The position numbers were made by a program, and so were the translations under genes. Shown one piece after another: positions 7,721 to 16,729 of a stretch of DNA of 64,000 bases. The stretch's first letter is position 1, and each line of letters opens with the position of its first letter. Source of the stretch: Bacteroidales bacterium. GTDB taxonomy: Bacteria; Bacteroidota; Bacteroidia; Bacteroidales; UBA932. The notes beneath the pieces were generated by a model. It made no database searches, had not been told where the DNA came from, and worked only from the letters and a program-made list of their open reading frames with translations. The stretch is from NCBI GenBank assembly GCA_017429765.1, contig JAFROJ010000074.1, positions 6,649 to 70,648 on the forward strand, written 5' to 3'.

Positions 7721-8599
7721 ATGAAAAGGACAGCTCGCTTTTTCATGGCGCTTCTTGCCATGACTTTAGGTTGCCAGGAGTCTTCCGGGCAGAGATACAT
7801 CACAACTGACGCTGACAAGGAGGTCGCCGCCCGTATCTTGGCGACGCTTCATGAGAATAAGGACCTCAGCACTCCGGAGCTGATGGTGATCGCGGCCAAG
7901 GATCTGCTCGGCACTCCCTATGTGGCATCCACCCTCGAGGAGGATCCCTTCAATGAGGAGCTCAGGGTGTACCTGACCAAGACAGACTGCATCCTCTTCG
8001 TCGAGACCTGCCTCAATCTGGCCAGGACAGTCAAACAGTCCGCGAATAAGGTTCCCGGTTTCGACGCCTTCGCGGCCAATGTGGCCAAGACCCGCTACAG
8101 GAAGGCTCCTCCTTACACCTATTCGGACAGGATCCATTACACCACGGATTGGCTCCGCCGCCAGGAAGGCTCCCTGGAGGATCTGACCTTGAGCCTGGGA
8201 GGAAAAGAGGACCCTCGCCCGATCAACTTCATGACAAGGCATCCCAAGAGTTACAAGCAACTTGCTGACGCTGACAATATTCCCAGGGCCGCCCTTGACC
8301 TGGGAAGGATAGGCGAGGTGGAGGATGAGTTGAACAAGATCCCGATGACCTATATTCCCAAAGACAGGATAGCCGCGGCCGCCAAGGGGATAAGGTCCGG
8401 AGACATCATCTGCTTCGTCTCATCCGTGGAGGGGCTCGACATAGCCCATGTCGCTATCGCCTATGTCGAGGACGGCAGGGTCGGCTTCATCCACGCGTCA
8501 CAAGCTGACGGAAAGGTTGAAATCGACGGACGGACGATAGAAGAATACGTCAGGCCGCGTTCCAACCTTTCCGGCATCAAGGTCGTCAGACCCTTATAG
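7721..8599 (+). CDS. DUF1460 / NlpC-P60-like N-acetylmuramoyl-L-alanine amidase, probable lipoprotein
   Basis: LLGTPYVASTLE, TDCILFVE (catalytic Cys), LDIAHVAIA and FIHAS motifs. Confidence 0.85.
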   Translation: MKRTARFFMALLAMTLGCQESSGQRYITTDADKEVAARILATLHENKDLSTPELMVIAAKDLLGTPYVASTLEEDPFNEELRVYLTKTDCILFVETCLNLARTVKQSANKVPGFDAFAANVAKTRYRKAPPYTYSDRIHYTTDWLRRQEGSLEDLTLSLGGKEDPRPINFMTRHPKSYKQLADADNIPRAALDLGRIGEVEDELNKIPMTYIPKDRIAAAAKGIRSGDIICFVSSVEGLDIAHVAIAYVEDGRVGFIHASQADGKVEIDGRTIEEYVRPRSNLSGIKVVRPL

Positions 8600-8601
8600 A
8601 C

Positions 8602-9054
8602 TTATTTCTTGCCGAAGATACCTCCGAGGAGGCCACCGAGAAGCCCTGAGCCGCCGATTGAGCCGCCGAGGGCGATGATGACGTCGTTGATGTCCACCTT
8701 GCCGTCACCGTTCTGGTCCTTGAAGAGTTTAGTGACTCCGCCGAGGACAGTGGGGATGAGGGCGAGGAGGGACTTGTTGAGGACAGATCCGAGATTGAGG
8801 TTCTTCAGGATGTTGTTCGTGAAGAGACTTCCGGCGAGGGAGGTCACAGGGCTCTGGGTGGCGGAGGTCTTCCCCGTCAAGAGATCGGTGATGATGTTGA
8901 TTCCTCCTTTGCTGGTGGCTGTCTTCTTGAGACTGCCAAGGATAGAGTCTGAGAGTCCTCCGAGAACCTGGTTCTGGAGATTAGCGGGAATCTGAACCCC
9001 GCCTGCGGCGGCGCTCACCTGCTGCTTGATCACATCCGCGATTGAGAATGCCAT
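8602..9054 (-). CDS. Hypothetical protein, DUF937-like, with an EF-hand-like loop
   Basis: 150 aa; DQNGDGKVDIND loop; Gly-rich C-terminus GGLLGGLLGGIFGKK. Confidence 0.6.
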   Translation of the reverse strand: MAFSIADVIKQQVSAAAGGVQIPANLQNQVLGGLSDSILGSLKKTATSKGGINIITDLLTGKTSATQSPVTSLAGSLFTNNILKNLNLGSVLNKSLLALIPTVLGGVTKLFKDQNGDGKVDINDVIIALGGSIGGSGLLGGLLGGIFGKK

Positions 9055-9088
9055 TGCTTTGTGGTTTTGAGAGTTGGATAATATTCGT

Positions 9089-11146
9089 TTATAAAAACAG
9101 ATCGAAGTAGTCAGTGACTTTGTCCATCAAGTGTATCCTCCATCTTCCGGCGACATTGTGCTCGGAGAGGGGATAGGGGAAATAGTCCATCTGGGTGCCG
9201 TTCTCTATGCATTTCTGGACGAAACTGAGGCTGTGCTCCCAGACCACCGTGTTGTCGACGGCGCCCTGGCAGATCAGGAGTTTCCCCTTGAGGTTGGCCG
9301 CGTTCTCGATGAGACTGGTCTCCTTGAAACCCTCGGGATTAGTCTCCGGGGTGTCCATGTAACGCTCCCCGTACATGATCTCATACCATTTCCAGTCGAT
9401 GACAGGACCGCCCGCCACACCGACCTTGAAGGTCTCGGGATAGCTGGTCATCAGGGAGATTGTCATGAAACCGCCGTAGCTCCAGCCGTGAACACCGATC
9501 CTCTCGGAATCCACGAAAGGCAGGGACTTAAGCATGTTGATCCCGACCATCTGGTCCGCCATCTCGGCCTGCCCGCAGTGGCGGTGGATGACTTTCTCAT
9601 ATTCAGCGCCCCTGTTGGGTGTGCCGCGGTTGTCCTGGACATAGACCACATAGCCTTTCTGGGCCATGAGCAGCTCCCACATCCGGACGCTCCCGAGCCA
9701 GGAGTCGTTGACCAGCTGGGAATGAGGGCCTCCGTAGACATAGAGCAGGACAGGATACTTCTTGGAGGGGTCGAACCCGGCGGGCAGGTAGAGCCTGTAC
9801 CAGTTGTCGTATTGGCCGTCGGCGCTTTTCACCGTGCCCAGCATGATCTTCCCGGTCTTGAAAGCCTTGAGAGGGTTCTCGGCGCGCCCGAGCTCCCTGG
9901 TCATCTTCCCGTCGAGGGACTTGACGCAGGTCACGGAAGGCACGTTGAAACTGCTGTAACGGTCGATGAAATATTTATAGCCCGGGCTCAGGGACACGCT
10001 GTGCCACCCTTCCTCCGCGGTGAGACGGACGGACTTGCCGATCTTGGCCTTGGCGATGTTGGCCGGGCCCTTGCGGGGCTTCAGGCCGGTGACCTGGATC
10101 TTGAACAGATGGTTCTCGACAGGGGAGACCTCGGCGGAGGTGTAGTAGATGTTGGTGCCGTCGTTGTCGAGGTACTGGACATCGGCGTCAACCTCGGTCA
10201 GTCTCCTGACAGTGCCGAGGGTGTCGCAGAGGTAAAGGTTCCTGTAACCGTCCCTGACCTCGGTCCTGTAGAGGAACACATAGGTGTCCTTGATGAAATG
10301 AAGCGGGTCGGAGGGCTCGACGTAGCGGGGATCCTCGTCCTCGAGGAGAGTCCTCACGAAAGAGCCGTCGCAAGACCGGTACATGTTGAGTCTCACATGT
10401 TTCTGCGACCGGTCCAGGACCTGTATGAATAAATATCTGTCGTCCGGGGACCAGCTGATGTTGGTCAGGTAGCGGTCGTAGCCGAAGTCGGTCACGTCGC
10501 ACCAGACGGTTTTCCCGCTGGCGAGGTCGTATACTCCGAGGGAGACCTCCTCGCTTTCCATTCCGTTCATCGGGTATTTGATGCTCTTGAGGGTGCCCGT
10601 GCGGGTGGAGATGTCAAGTAGAGGGAAATCTGTCACCCGGCTCTCGTCCTTGCGGTAGAAGGCGAGCTTGTCGCCGGAGGGAGACCAGAATATTCCCCCG
10701 TTGATCCCGAACTCGTTGCGGCTGACAGCTTGCCCGTAGGTGATCTGGTCATTCTCATTCACAGCCACCGCGATCTCGGTACCGTTATTATTAATGTAGA
10801 GGCTCTGCCCTTTAGTGTAGGCGGTGACACCGTTCTTGTTGGGAATCGCCCCCCGGGTCATGCGCCTTGGCCCCTGCGGGCCCTGGGGCCCGGCCCCGTT
10901 GAACTCGACCTCCTGCCCTGTGGCGGCGTTGTAGGCCTTCATCGAGCGTCCCTCCATGAGGATGTAGGTGTTCTCGTCCGCCCATGATGCCATGATTGTC
11001 TGGGGTCTTGTCCCCATTCCCATGACCGCCTCTTCCATGGTCATCATCCTTCCCTCGTTGTTCTCGGGATGGACCGCGACGACCCCTGTCTGCGCCCGCG
11101 CCGCCACCGGCAGCGTCAGGGCCATGATGATAAGGAACTTCTTCAT
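9089..11146 (-). CDS. Dipeptidyl peptidase IV family S9B serine peptidase
   Basis: Signal peptide, DPP-IV N-terminal propeller (FWSPSGDKLAF), GWSYGG nucleophile, and Asp/His motifs GAVDNTV and EHNV. Confidence 0.93.
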   Translation of the reverse strand: MKKFLIIMALTLPVAARAQTGVVAVHPENNEGRMMTMEEAVMGMGTRPQTIMASWADENTYILMEGRSMKAYNAATGQEVEFNGAGPQGPQGPRRMTRGAIPNKNGVTAYTKGQSLYINNNGTEIAVAVNENDQITYGQAVSRNEFGINGGIFWSPSGDKLAFYRKDESRVTDFPLLDISTRTGTLKSIKYPMNGMESEEVSLGVYDLASGKTVWCDVTDFGYDRYLTNISWSPDDRYLFIQVLDRSQKHVRLNMYRSCDGSFVRTLLEDEDPRYVEPSDPLHFIKDTYVFLYRTEVRDGYRNLYLCDTLGTVRRLTEVDADVQYLDNDGTNIYYTSAEVSPVENHLFKIQVTGLKPRKGPANIAKAKIGKSVRLTAEEGWHSVSLSPGYKYFIDRYSSFNVPSVTCVKSLDGKMTRELGRAENPLKAFKTGKIMLGTVKSADGQYDNWYRLYLPAGFDPSKKYPVLLYVYGGPHSQLVNDSWLGSVRMWELLMAQKGYVVYVQDNRGTPNRGAEYEKVIHRHCGQAEMADQMVGINMLKSLPFVDSERIGVHGWSYGGFMTISLMTSYPETFKVGVAGGPVIDWKWYEIMYGERYMDTPETNPEGFKETSLIENAANLKGKLLICQGAVDNTVVWEHSLSFVQKCIENGTQMDYFPYPLSEHNVAGRWRIHLMDKVTDYFDLFL

Positions 11147-11544
11147 TATTCAGGTGTTGTTACTGAGATGATTCTGTCTACCACGTGTTTTTGCATCCCT
11201 CTCCAGGGAAGGGCTCCAAGATACTCTTTGTAGTGCAGCTCGACAGTCTTCCCGCCGCACCTCATGAGCTCGTTGGCTATCTCCTCGTCTTTGACCGAGA
11301 AATCGAAGATGTAAGACTGGATCGTGGCTGTGCCTCCGGTCTTGGGGACAGATCCCTTGAACCCCGCCTGGATCAGCCTCCCCTCATAAGTCTTCCAAAC
11401 GTAGCCTTTGTAGGTGAACTGGTTGAGTTCCCCGGCTTTCACCCCGTCGCCGAACACGAAGTAGAACTTGATGTAGACGAACAATCCCGCCGCCACCACA
11501 AGGCAGGCGATGATCCAAAGAAGGATTTTCTTTCCTGTTGACAT
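11146..11544 (-). CDS. Conserved Bacteroidota hypothetical membrane-anchored protein
   Basis: One N-terminal TM helix; GYVWKTYEG and YKEYLGALPWRG motifs; start-stop junction with the DPP-IV gene. Confidence 0.7.
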   Translation of the reverse strand: MSTGKKILLWIIACLVVAAGLFVYIKFYFVFGDGVKAGELNQFTYKGYVWKTYEGRLIQAGFKGSVPKTGGTATIQSYIFDFSVKDEEIANELMRCGGKTVELHYKEYLGALPWRGMQKHVVDRIISVTTPE

Positions 11545-11554
11545 GATAGTAATG

Positions 11555-12679
11555 CTATTTCACTGTGTTTCCGGTCATCTCCCATCCCGTCACTGTCGAG
11601 ACCACGGGAATGACCGTGTAAGCTATCTTGGTGTGTCCGGACCCGTTCGGATGCCCGTCGGCTCCGAGGTCGCCTGTCTCGTTGTGGACAGTGGACGAGA
11701 GCGCGACCAGGCTGATTTTCTTCAGGCCGCTTGAGTCGATCGCTTTCCTGATGTAGACCTCCTGAAGCGGGTCGTGTTTCGGGACCATGCAAAGGATGGG
11801 GTGATCCTCGCCATAGAAGTCCTTGATCTCTTGGAGAAGCTGGATGTAGTTCTTGACGAACACTCTTTCGGAGGGTTGCATCCTTGTGGAGAAGTCGTTG
11901 GTTCCCAAATAGATGACAGTGATGTCAGGCCTTATGGAGCCAGGCTCCCAGTTCCCCTCCCTGACCGTGTCGAATGTCTGGAGATAACGCTCCGGCATGT
12001 AATAGTCCTTGACATTGCCGTTGTAGTTCCTGGCCACGCCCATGCCGGAGTGGGCGACCACGATCTGATCCGCCCCGAAATATCTCGCCGTCATGCAGGC
12101 GTAGGTCAGGTTCTGGTTCTCAGTCTCAGGGGAGAAGCGCTCCTTGTTCGAGGCCTCGGTGCCGTAGCCGCACGTGTAGGAGTCGCCGATGAACTCGATG
12201 ACCCGGTCTTTCGGAGGGTCGGCTTGGAGGAAGACCCCGTCGGTGTGGAACTCCTTCACGGTGGTGACTCCCTGCTCACCCTCAGTGCGTTTCTGGAGGA
12301 TAACCTGATGGACGGCGGCTTTCGAGCGGCGCCCCGTCCCTGTGAGGGCCCTGACCTCCTCTTTACTGAATATCACCATCGTGGTGTCGGCCCCGGTCAC
12401 GGTCAGGACCTTGTCGGGAGCCGAGTCCATGTCCTTGTCGATCCAGACGTTGTAGTGGTTCCTCTTTGTGTCGGAGACTTTGAGGCTCAGGTCGTCACCC
12501 ATGAAGCGCACCCTGAGATACACCCCGGTCCAGTCGAAGGAGACATTCCCATCCCTGACTTCTGTCCTGCCGATGTAAGTGACTCTGCCGTCGGATCCTT
12601 TCATGATCTCGCACCAGAGAGATGATTGGGCGAGCAGGAGGGCGGACAGCAGGCACAGGAAATATTTACATGTTCTCAT
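11555..12679 (-). CDS. SGNH/GDSL esterase, CE2-like (acetylxylan esterase type)
   Basis: Signal peptide; YIGRT..FDWTG N-terminal domain; FIGDSYTCGYG, LGTNDF and DGHP motifs. Confidence 0.85.
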   Translation of the reverse strand: MRTCKYFLCLLSALLLAQSSLWCEIMKGSDGRVTYIGRTEVRDGNVSFDWTGVYLRVRFMGDDLSLKVSDTKRNHYNVWIDKDMDSAPDKVLTVTGADTTMVIFSKEEVRALTGTGRRSKAAVHQVILQKRTEGEQGVTTVKEFHTDGVFLQADPPKDRVIEFIGDSYTCGYGTEASNKERFSPETENQNLTYACMTARYFGADQIVVAHSGMGVARNYNGNVKDYYMPERYLQTFDTVREGNWEPGSIRPDITVIYLGTNDFSTRMQPSERVFVKNYIQLLQEIKDFYGEDHPILCMVPKHDPLQEVYIRKAIDSSGLKKISLVALSSTVHNETGDLGADGHPNGSGHTKIAYTVIPVVSTVTGWEMTGNTVK

Positions 12680-12717
12680 AAGCGCTTTGAAACATATAAA
12701 GTTAAACAAGATTTTCG

Positions 12718-13626
12718 TTAAAACAAAGCCCGGCTTCTCAAAGCCCGCCCCAGGGCGCTCCTAAGGCGATGGAGGTTGATTCCCAACCTTTTGACGGAAT
12801 ACAACCGGCGGTAGTCCCTTTGTTTCAGGAATATGTCGGAGCGGAACATCTCCATTCTGAGTGCGATAGCCTTGTGGTAGCGGCCTGAGGTGTACTCATC
12901 CAGGCAGGCGAGCATTCTTATCAGGGTCTCCTTGTTGGCTATGATATTCACGCCTTTATGCCTCCGGGTCCAGGATCCCTCGACGTTGAAACGGTAAACC
13001 GACATCGGGTCGTCCAGGTACACCATCCCGCCCCGTAGGGATCCCTGGATGGCGAGGACATAGTCTATCGTGATGATGTCCCTCATCGGGGTGTTCTCAA
13101 GGTAGACCTTCGACCTGCACATGACGGAGGAGGTGGCGCAGAGGTTGGCCCCGCCTCCGAGGATGACCTTCTCGACCGTTATGATCCCGCTCCGCCACCT
13201 CGGGGCGACCCATCCCTTGAACTTCCCGTCCACGCGCCTCTCCGCTTTGTGGGAACAGATGTCGGCCTCCGGGTGGGCCTCAAGGGCCTCCACCTGTCTC
13301 TGGAGCTTTAGAGGGTCTGTCCAATAATCGTCCCCCTCGCAGAGGGCTACATATTCCCCCCTGACCAGGGGGTAGATGAATGTCCGCGCGATCTTGACCC
13401 CGCGGGAGTACTGGTTCTCTTTCTGGAGGACAGCGCGGATGAGCCGGGGGTATCTGGCTTGATATTCCCGGACAATGTCGGCGGTCCCGTCGGTGGAGGC
13501 GTCGTCGTGGACAATCACCTCGAAGGGGAAACCCGTCTTTTGCGAGACGAAGCCTTCGAGGGCGTCCCGGATGTAGCTTACATGATTGTAAGTCAAGCAG
13601 ATGACTGTCACTTTGATCTCATCCAT
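12718..13626 (-). CDS. Glycosyltransferase family 2
   Basis: VTVICLTYNH, IVHDDASTDGT and YVALCEGDDYW motifs. Confidence 0.92.
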   Translation of the reverse strand: MDEIKVTVICLTYNHVSYIRDALEGFVSQKTGFPFEVIVHDDASTDGTADIVREYQARYPRLIRAVLQKENQYSRGVKIARTFIYPLVRGEYVALCEGDDYWTDPLKLQRQVEALEAHPEADICSHKAERRVDGKFKGWVAPRWRSGIITVEKVILGGGANLCATSSVMCRSKVYLENTPMRDIITIDYVLAIQGSLRGGMVYLDDPMSVYRFNVEGSWTRRHKGVNIIANKETLIRMLACLDEYTSGRYHKAIALRMEMFRSDIFLKQRDYRRLYSVKRLGINLHRLRSALGRALRSRALF

Positions 13627-14326
13627 GGCGGCCTTCGATCAGGGTGTAATCGTCCAGCATTGCAGCGAGAGCCTCCCTGGAGTTGCACATGATGGCGTCC
13701 ATGATGGACAGCCCCGGAACGAACGAGGAGCAGGGTTGGGGATATTCAGGGAGACCGGATTTGAGGAACAGAAGCTTGATCCCTCTCCGAGCGAACTCTT
13801 CCGGATCGTAAAGCCTCATGCCGCCGATGGCGTTGATGTAGGTGTCGGCGCCGGTCCTGGCGCAGAAGTCATAGATCCGCTCTTCCCTCTTGAACCGGTT
13901 GTTCCCTAGGAGGTCCGAGGTCCGTAGCAGGGGAGTGGTGATCCCGAGACAGGAGCAAACCTCCCTGATCGAGTTTTCCAGGAATAAGGAGAGATTCCGC
14001 TCGGGAAAGCTCAGCACCCTCTCCGCCAGGGCCATCCCGGTGTTGAAAAACGGAGCCTTGTGATAGGCCATCTCCAGGGTCCTGAGTTTATTACCCTTGT
14101 CGGGAGGAACGATCTCCATGTCCTTGATCAGCTTGAAACTGCTCTGTCCCTTCACCTCTATCCGGAAAAAGGCCTCTTTCCCGTTGACAAGAATCCTGTT
14201 GCGGGTGATCCATCCTTTCCTGATGAAATTGTAGTCGTCGGAGATCAGGAAAAGATCGGCCGCCTTGATCAGCTGCCACCACCCCAGATAGGGGAAAAAG
14301 TATGGTTGGTTGGCGGCCAGGATCAT
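13619..14326 (-). CDS. WbqC family protein
   Basis: NQPYFFPYLGWWQLIK, DD.NF.RKGWITRNRI, YHKAPFF, YINAIGG, PGLSIMD motifs; ATGA overlap with the upstream stop. Confidence 0.92.
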   Translation of the reverse strand: MILAANQPYFFPYLGWWQLIKAADLFLISDDYNFIRKGWITRNRILVNGKEAFFRIEVKGQSSFKLIKDMEIVPPDKGNKLRTLEMAYHKAPFFNTGMALAERVLSFPERNLSLFLENSIREVCSCLGITTPLLRTSDLLGNNRFKREERIYDFCARTGADTYINAIGGMRLYDPEEFARRGIKLLFLKSGLPEYPQPCSSFVPGLSIMDAIMCNSREALAAMLDDYTLIEGRHG

Positions 14327-15495
14327 AACACGTCGCAATATGGAAGGATTTCGGGGTCGTCGGTCAGCAGGGGACAGGCTTTCCTGTCGTCACCCACATT
14401 GGTCACGGGGAGGCTGGAGGTCCTGAACAGGCCGGAACCGAAATAGCGGTCATCGACGCATAGCATCATCCCGCAAAGGTAGTCGTCATATTCATCACCT
14501 TCCCAGATTGTCCTGAACGTACGTTGCTTGATGAATGGCTGTATGACCATCCCATCGAGGCTAAGCCCGTTCCATTCCTCCTCGGAGGTGAGTGGACCGG
14601 CCTTGACCCCCTCGCTTTTGCCGAGACGGAAGGGCTTGAGAATGAATCCGTTCTTATTCTCCTTGACCTCTGTGGCGATCTCGTCGGCCTCGGGGGTGCC
14701 GCCGACCCATGTCCTGATGGCGTGGGAGCGAAGGAAGGCGGTCTCCTCACCTGTGAGGCATCTGCCCGTGAAACTGTCCTCGAACCACAGCCGCATGAAC
14801 CTCTTGTCATGGAGAAGGAAGATGTTCCTGAAGTCAGCGCTCATCCCAGCGTCCGCCATCGCCTTGACCGTGTCCATGCTGAAAGACAGGATGTCGTTCT
14901 GGTTCAGCGCGCTGATCACGAAGGCGCGGGAAGACCATTCCTTCCTCCGAGACTCGACCTCCGGAGCCTCTATGACGTTCACCTCGTGCCCGAGCCTCTC
15001 GTAGAACTCTTTGTAGAGCCGGATCTCGTTCGTCCGGTCGGCGCTTTTCAGGACGAATATTCTTTTCCTTCCTCCCGGAAGCCCGGCCATGTAGTCCATC
15101 AGGCTGGAATATTCAGACTCCCTGGACCGTCCGGGGAAGCGGGCCATGAAACGGTCCGCCGCCTCCTCGGCGAATCTTGACATGAATATCCCGTGACCGA
15201 AGAAGCGGGAGGTGATCTCGCAGATCCTCAGGTTCCCTTCGGTGTCGATGAGGTAGTCTGGCCTCCACGTGCCGGCTTTGAAAGGGAATAGGTCTTGATA
15301 TTCAAGTATTCCCAGATCTTTTTCTCCCAGAGGCATCCAGCCGGGGACATAGTCTCTCCAGTTGAGGGCAAGATGCTCGGCGCAACGGTAGAGAACCCTG
15401 TGCAGCTCGGCGAGCTCCTCCCGGCGGCCGCCGGTGATGACCACGGGTCTGTCGTGGTACCAGCGGAGATAGTAATCTGTGAGGTCGCGGATCAT
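14323..15495 (-). CDS. ATP-grasp amide ligase (glutathionylspermidine-synthase-like / circularly permuted type)
   Basis: RPDYLID..LRICEITSRF, LLHDKR, LKP..LGKSEGV and VIQPFI motifs. Start moved to ATG 15495 (ATGA overlap with the radical SAM stop). Confidence 0.65.
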   Translation of the reverse strand: MIRDLTDYYLRWYHDRPVVITGGRREELAELHRVLYRCAEHLALNWRDYVPGWMPLGEKDLGILEYQDLFPFKAGTWRPDYLIDTEGNLRICEITSRFFGHGIFMSRFAEEAADRFMARFPGRSRESEYSSLMDYMAGLPGGRKRIFVLKSADRTNEIRLYKEFYERLGHEVNVIEAPEVESRRKEWSSRAFVISALNQNDILSFSMDTVKAMADAGMSADFRNIFLLHDKRFMRLWFEDSFTGRCLTGEETAFLRSHAIRTWVGGTPEADEIATEVKENKNGFILKPFRLGKSEGVKAGPLTSEEEWNGLSLDGMVIQPFIKQRTFRTIWEGDEYDDYLCGMMLCVDDRYFGSGLFRTSSLPVTNVGDDRKACPLLTDDPEILPYCDVL

Positions 15496-16712
15496 TTCCC
15501 GAAGAGTCTTGTCTGGTAGCCGAGGCACTGGAAGCCGTTCCGGTTGATCTCGGGGATCATCGAGGAGGGGATCCCGAGTTGTTTGCGGACCCAATAGCAA
15601 ACGCTGACGCTCATCCCGATGGTGTCGGTGTAGTCCATCATCCGCCGGATGCCCCCGACGCTCAGTTCCCGGTCAGGGGCGGTCCTTGCCCTCTGCTTGC
15701 GGTGGTCGGCGTTGGAGGGCTTCAGGTAGGCCTCGTAGAGCTGACGCTCCATGTCCTTGTCGAAGGCTCCAAGATACTGTCCGAGCATCGCCAGGTTCTC
15801 CATGCAGACGGTGAGGAACTCTGGCTTGTAATTTATTATCCCTTCGCCTCTCAGGATGTCGAAGAACGATTTGATCCCCTCGTCGTTGAGACAGGGGGTG
15901 AAGATGGGCTGGACCAGGGCCGAGTCCGCCTGGACGCCTCTCCCGGCGCAGATCCGGACAGCCCTCATCCTTTCCTCGATAGGGGCCGCATAGGGCTCGA
16001 TCAGATCCCTGAAAGCCGGCGGCATTATTGAGACGCTGGTGTTGAACTGCATCCTGTCCCTCAATTTCCCGAACAGGTCCAGGATAGTCTCTCCCTCGTC
16101 CTCTATCAACAAATGCCTCGCTCCGGCCTTTGAGGCGATGAAAAGCCTTGCTTTGGACTCGGGATTCTTCTCGAAATGGCTTATGAACTCCCTGAGTACC
16201 CTGTGGGCCACGCCCGTGAGCAAGGTGGCCTCCTGGAAGGCCTCTGTCTTCGGGGAGAAATAGTAGTAGTGGGGTTTGTTCTCCGACCCCGGGCCATTCT
16301 TTTCATCCAGCAATCTCCTGACATAGAGGTGGTAATCCAAGTCCACCACGAGTTCCCGCTCGTGGACACCGTCGGTCACAAGGCAATATTGGCAGCCGAT
16401 CCCGCATCCCTTGACCGGGTTGATCTCGTAGGTCAGGGTAGGGCAGCGGCCGGTGTAGTTGTGGATCTCGGTCTGAACCGCTGAGGGATCCCCCCTGGTC
16501 TCCCGGAAGCGGGGCTTCGGGATGAGGGAGCGGCTCCCGAACCGCGACTTGAAGACCATGCTCCCTCGCCGAAGGGCTTCCAGGGCTTCCTCGTCGGGAT
16601 CCACGTCGGCCCCAAGGGCCTTGAGGTAATAAGAATCTACAACCCGGGGGGCGAAACCCTCCAGGTTGTAGACATCAGTTTCTCGGGAATATATGGGAGT
16701 ATAGCTTCTCAT
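15492..16712 (-). CDS. Radical SAM protein, SPL/Rv2578c-like
   Basis: EINPVKGCGIGCQYC (CxxxCxxC) and IEPYAAPIEERMRA, which is typical of the SPL-like subgroup. Confidence 0.85.
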   Translation of the reverse strand: MRSYTPIYSRETDVYNLEGFAPRVVDSYYLKALGADVDPDEEALEALRRGSMVFKSRFGSRSLIPKPRFRETRGDPSAVQTEIHNYTGRCPTLTYEINPVKGCGIGCQYCLVTDGVHERELVVDLDYHLYVRRLLDEKNGPGSENKPHYYYFSPKTEAFQEATLLTGVAHRVLREFISHFEKNPESKARLFIASKAGARHLLIEDEGETILDLFGKLRDRMQFNTSVSIMPPAFRDLIEPYAAPIEERMRAVRICAGRGVQADSALVQPIFTPCLNDEGIKSFFDILRGEGIINYKPEFLTVCMENLAMLGQYLGAFDKDMERQLYEAYLKPSNADHRKQRARTAPDRELSVGGIRRMMDYTDTIGMSVSVCYWVRKQLGIPSSMIPEINRNGFQCLGYQTRLFGK

Positions 16713-16729
16713 CCGCTATACCTCCATGG

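Noticed and set aside
11146-11544. Label '6-phosphogluconate dehydrogenase' often attached to similar proteins
   Set aside because: Only 132 aa, TM-anchored and with no Rossmann motif; treated as hypothetical.
15496-15600. N-terminal extension of the ATP-grasp ORF
   Set aside because: Lies inside the radical SAM gene; the ATGA overlap at 15492-15495 gives the natural start.
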